A stretch of 63,876 nt of DNA, filler included, from Folioceros fuciformis (Eukaryota): assembly GCA_049999805.1 (NCBI GenBank). It is 16 parts of 16 records of this genome, joined end to end, with 100 filler letters (N's around TTAATTAATTAA, not from the genome) between each part and the next. Parts side by side here need not be neighbours in the genome. Positions count along the whole stretch, not along the records: positions 59,275 to 63,876 come from JBNGIO010006631.1; 15 more parts are not named here. One strand, given 5' to 3'. The notes under the pieces are model-generated. The model ran no database searches and was not told where the DNA came from. It worked only from the letters and a program-made list of their open reading frames with translations. Position 1 is the first letter of the stretch. Each line of letters begins with the position of its first letter. Made by a program: the position numbers and the translations under genes. Positions 60,640 through 63,876 of the stretch are shown one piece after another.

Positions 60640-60968
60640 ACCTGCAGTCGGAGGACTCGTCGGGGTCACCGTTCTACCCGGATCGCGTGGTGGCATTTCC
60701 TTCGTCCCCTACTTCTCCTGCTTCTCGGGAACGTATGGCCTTGTCGTAGAGGAGCCGCACGTGCGGGAGGCGCACCGGACGAAGGGCCTGGTCGCAGCGC
60801 TCCTGCGGCATCGTGGCAGGGCACGGTTTGGAATGGTGCGTTCTCCTCTGGAACGTGAATTCCGTCAATTTCTACCAGGTCATGCGTTTCCTCGAATGTG
60901 TTGCCTCAATTTCAGTGGCGCGTTGTGGGCTCACTCTTGAATGTCAACCTCAGGAACCCGCGGCGTGA
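60640..60968 (+). pseudogene. GNAT acetyltransferase remnant (NATA1/SSAT-like)
   Basis: FVPYFSCFSGTYGLVVEEPHVREAHRTKGLVAALL, then a frameshift into LEWCVLLWNVNSVNFYQVM, resembling SSAT/NATA motifs A and B; 5' boundary uncertain. Confidence 0.55.
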
Positions 60969-61188
60969 ATGCAACGCCGTTGTTGAGCTTACCGGTCACG
61001 CAAGAACGACCACCGAGAGTTAGTTCACCTTGGTAGAGCAAACCACTGAACCTCCTTGTTTTACTTGTCGTGGTCACACACCAGTGCCTCAATAGGTGAA
61101 GTATCAGACGAAGAAAGGCAGGATATGTCTTTCTTCTTCGTTTTTCTTGAGCGTTTTGTTTTTGTTGCCCCTCCCAAAGCACGTTCGG

Positions 61189-61325
61189 AAGGCGCTTGAC
61201 ATCACATAGCACGAAAGGTGCTTGGCATCACCTAGCAGGAAAGGCGCTTGGCATCACCTAGCAGGAAAGGTGCTTGGCATCACCTAGCAGGAAAGGTGCT
61301 TGACATCACCTAGCAGGAAAGGTGC
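61189..61325 (+). repeat. 26-bp minisatellite, ~5 copies
   Basis: aaaggtgcttggcatcacctagcagg units without spacers. Confidence 0.9.
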
Positions 61326-61771
61326 AAGAGCAAGCGCAGGAACACCTCTGGTTTGGGAACGGCCTGCTGAATGGGGGGCAAGCGAGTAATACTTCAGGTT
61401 TCTGTACAAGAAGTACATACATGCATATTGTATTGCTGGAACAAGGGCACGCTAACCGTCGACTAACGAGCAATCCTTCAGATACCTGTGCAAGAACTAT
61501 ATTCATATTGTCTTGCTTGAGAAAGGGCCGGCTGAATGCGGAAAAGCGAGCAATGGTTCAGGTTTCTCTGCAAGAACCAACCACATATCGTATCGTAGAT
61601 GAGGAATGGCATGCTGAATCTGAACAAGCCTCTAGTCCCTTCGGCCCTCTACTCTCTCCTTTTCGCTTCTCTCCACTATCTCTCCACATCCCCCTCCTCG
61701 TCGCCTTGTTTCCCATCTTCCTCCCTGCCTTCCGCCGCTCATGTCCTCTGTCGACTTCACCCCTGTTCCCT

Positions 61772-62376
61772 CTATCCGTCTCTCCCCTCGTTTCCTCCGC
61801 CTTCCTCCTCTCTGCCAACGTCACGCACTTCCTCACGATTCCGGCCCTGCGCTTCGCGGTGCCAGTAAGCCCCAGTCTCACTTCCCTGCCGGAGCACCTG
61901 GTCAGGCCCTTCAGGGGCCGGCCACAGCTGCAACAAGTAGCGATCGGGAGCGACGACTTCGTCGCCATCTGCAGTGTCCAACTCGTGCCCACGGTCCATC
62001 CCGCAGACCGAAAATCGAACCCGATGCCACCCGGCATGAGGAAGACAGTCCACGGCTTCTTCCCAGTTGAAGCCCCTGAGCGTGGTCTCGGTGGTGGGGA
62101 ACTCCTCAGAGGCTTCCACCACGTCCTCCTACTGGACGACTCTTCCGGGGGCTCTTCCGGCAGCCAAAGCACGCGAACAGGGACAGGTCCCGTGTGCAAC
62201 CCTGTGACCAGCCACACCTGGTGCGGCACCCGGGTGCCGCACAAGCCGTTTGCCTGCCCTGCTCTGGTGGCGATCCAGTCTACGTTCTCATGCCCTTTCG
62301 CCACCAGAGAGAAGAAGCTATACTGCACCCCAATGACGCTGTCGAAGAGCGTCCTCACCGGCTCTGCCGCCATCAC
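61772..62376 (-). pseudogene. Bacterial (actinobacterial)-like hypothetical protein, split by frameshift and stop
   Basis: AGQANGLCG..TGLHTGPVPVRV..EEPP [shift, TAG] EDVVEAS..HRVRF..GMD..PDRYLLQLWPAP..VLRQGSETGAYWH; GC-rich and intronless. Confidence 0.62.
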
Positions 62377-62911
62377 ACCAGGCTATTTCCTTGCCTCGCA
62401 CATCTAGAAATGTCCAACAGTCGTGCAAACCTGAGTTGCCTGCCGCACCGTTCTGACTATTGGCAAGGAGGAGCTCCTTGCCAATTTTGCACTGTGGTTG
62501 GGATAATGTCCCTGGTAAGAATTTGAACTCGTCATCCCAGCGCCATACGTACCCCACCGACTTGCTTTAAACTAGATAGTTCCGCTTGCACAGTCCTTGC
62601 CACCCAACCACAAAACTATGCTTGCCTGCAATCTCTTTGCCTGGTCCCACATCTGGGTATTGGTATCTACGTTCGACATCAAAACAAATGCTGTAGCAGA
62701 TTCATCATATATTTCGAGGCTTGGTCGAAAGCAGGAAGTCCCTCCTCCCTCCACATTGCTCCACTTTTAATAAGCAGCTAGGCAAGTGCGCCAGAGTAAG
62801 GGAGATGGCTGGAGAGGCGTTGTCGTACCCCAAGCTAGGGCTTCACGTACTTCTCCTGCACAGCCCTGAAGATCCACTCTGCATGTACAGTGGTTGTCAG
62901 CGGGAGCGATG

Positions 62912-63760
62912 TCATGTTTGTCTTCTCATAAACAAAGTATTCCTAGCGTTCACTGGACCCGCATAACTGCGCACTGTTAAAACACTGAGGAATGTGATCC
63001 CATCTGCGGTAATGTCGTTCTCTCGCTTGCTCCGAAGTGAGTCAAAGACCGCTTCCCTGTCTCCTCGAAAGGTATAGCCGGCAACGAATGCATTCCACGG
63101 AACGATGTCTGCCGCTTGCAAAGCCGCAAACACCTGGTGACACTGCATTTACCATGTCCCCACAGATTGAGTACATATTTCACCAAAGCTTCTTCACGAA
63201 GTGCATGTAAACACGTACTCTAACTTTATCGAAATGTCTCCATCTCTATACTCTTCCAAGCTGCCACACTTTGCATTGCACATATGTTCACCAAACTGCT
63301 GGCCACAAACACATGAGCTTGATGTCCTTGTTCTTTCATTTGGGCATGAAGCTGCTTCCCCGTCTTCCAAAGCTGGGGTGCACGCACTTGCACATGCCTA
63401 CAGGACAGACACAAATGTCACTGAATCTGGTATAGCCACACCGTCTTCAGGCATTGCCCTTTACAGATGAAGGGCTTCTTGGCCTTTACCCTGCTGCGAA
63501 TATCCTGATATCAGGGCATTCCAAGCCACCACATCCTTCTTACCAAGACCGTCAACAACAGTTTGAGTATCTTGCAAGCTGCCACACTTCGTGTAATTTT
63601 TCACCAAACTGCTGCCTACAAAAGAATCAGCTTGATGTCCTTGTTCCCTAATCTGAACAGGGGTGCCCATACCTTCCACATGCTTGCACACCAGCATGCT
63701 CCTGCTGCCCCGTTGTCAAGTCTGACCCCTGCGCAAGCCTTTGCAGAAATTAGGCAGTCC
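62912..63760 (-). pseudogene. PLS-class pentatricopeptide repeat (PPR) gene remnant
   Basis: FVGSSLV..YTKCGSLQD, DVVAWNALISGYSQQGKGQEAL, DIVPWNA, DGITFLSVL spread over several frames. Confidence 0.82.
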
Positions 63761-63876
63761 ACGTGAAGGCATTCGGATTGGCCACCCCTGCGAACACATA
63801 CACCGCGTCTTGCAACCGCTGCGGCCGCTGTGGTTCCAGGCACCACTGTCCCGTTTACCGCCATGCAAGGGGCTGT

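Noticed and set aside
61189-61325. 26-bp repeats (and the 32-bp repeats at 35722-35839) as CRISPR-like arrays
   Set aside because: Head-to-tail units with no unique spacers and no cas-like genes; ordinary minisatellites.

Overview
Eukaryotic land-plant DNA, probably a non-seed plant (inferred from ~90-110 bp introns, PLS-type PPR remnants and signal-peptide polyphenol oxidases). The window is not one locus. It is 16 short contigs joined by artificial 100-bp N44-TTAATTAATTAA-N44 linkers, and several contigs share exact 47-bp terminal overlaps. Mobile content: mostly Ty1/copia elements (one with an uninterrupted gag-pol), a chromodomain Ty3/gypsy element and a 5'-truncated RNase H LINE with a 13-bp TSD. 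Host-type genes: a secreted-type polyphenol oxidase plus a pseudogene copy, a HAD phosphatase (TH2-like, no TenA domain), an intronless divergent MAPK-like kinase, the 3' part of plastid pyruvate dehydrogenase E2, starch-branching-enzyme exon fragments, and GNAT and PPR remnants. Most notable: (1) three divergent elements of one copia clade each carry an antisense ORF next to the 3' LTR encoding a small membrane peptide with a shared LAL-x6-WI motif, and the clade also has an extra ORF upstream of gag, a conserved GGAUGAAGCU hairpin and, in two members, TA..TA LTR ends; (2) a GC-rich actinobacterial-like gene among plant genes (candidate HGT); (3) an unknown putatively plastid-targeted repeat/coiled-coil protein between inverted SBE exons. 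All family assignments come from motif recognition, not database searches.
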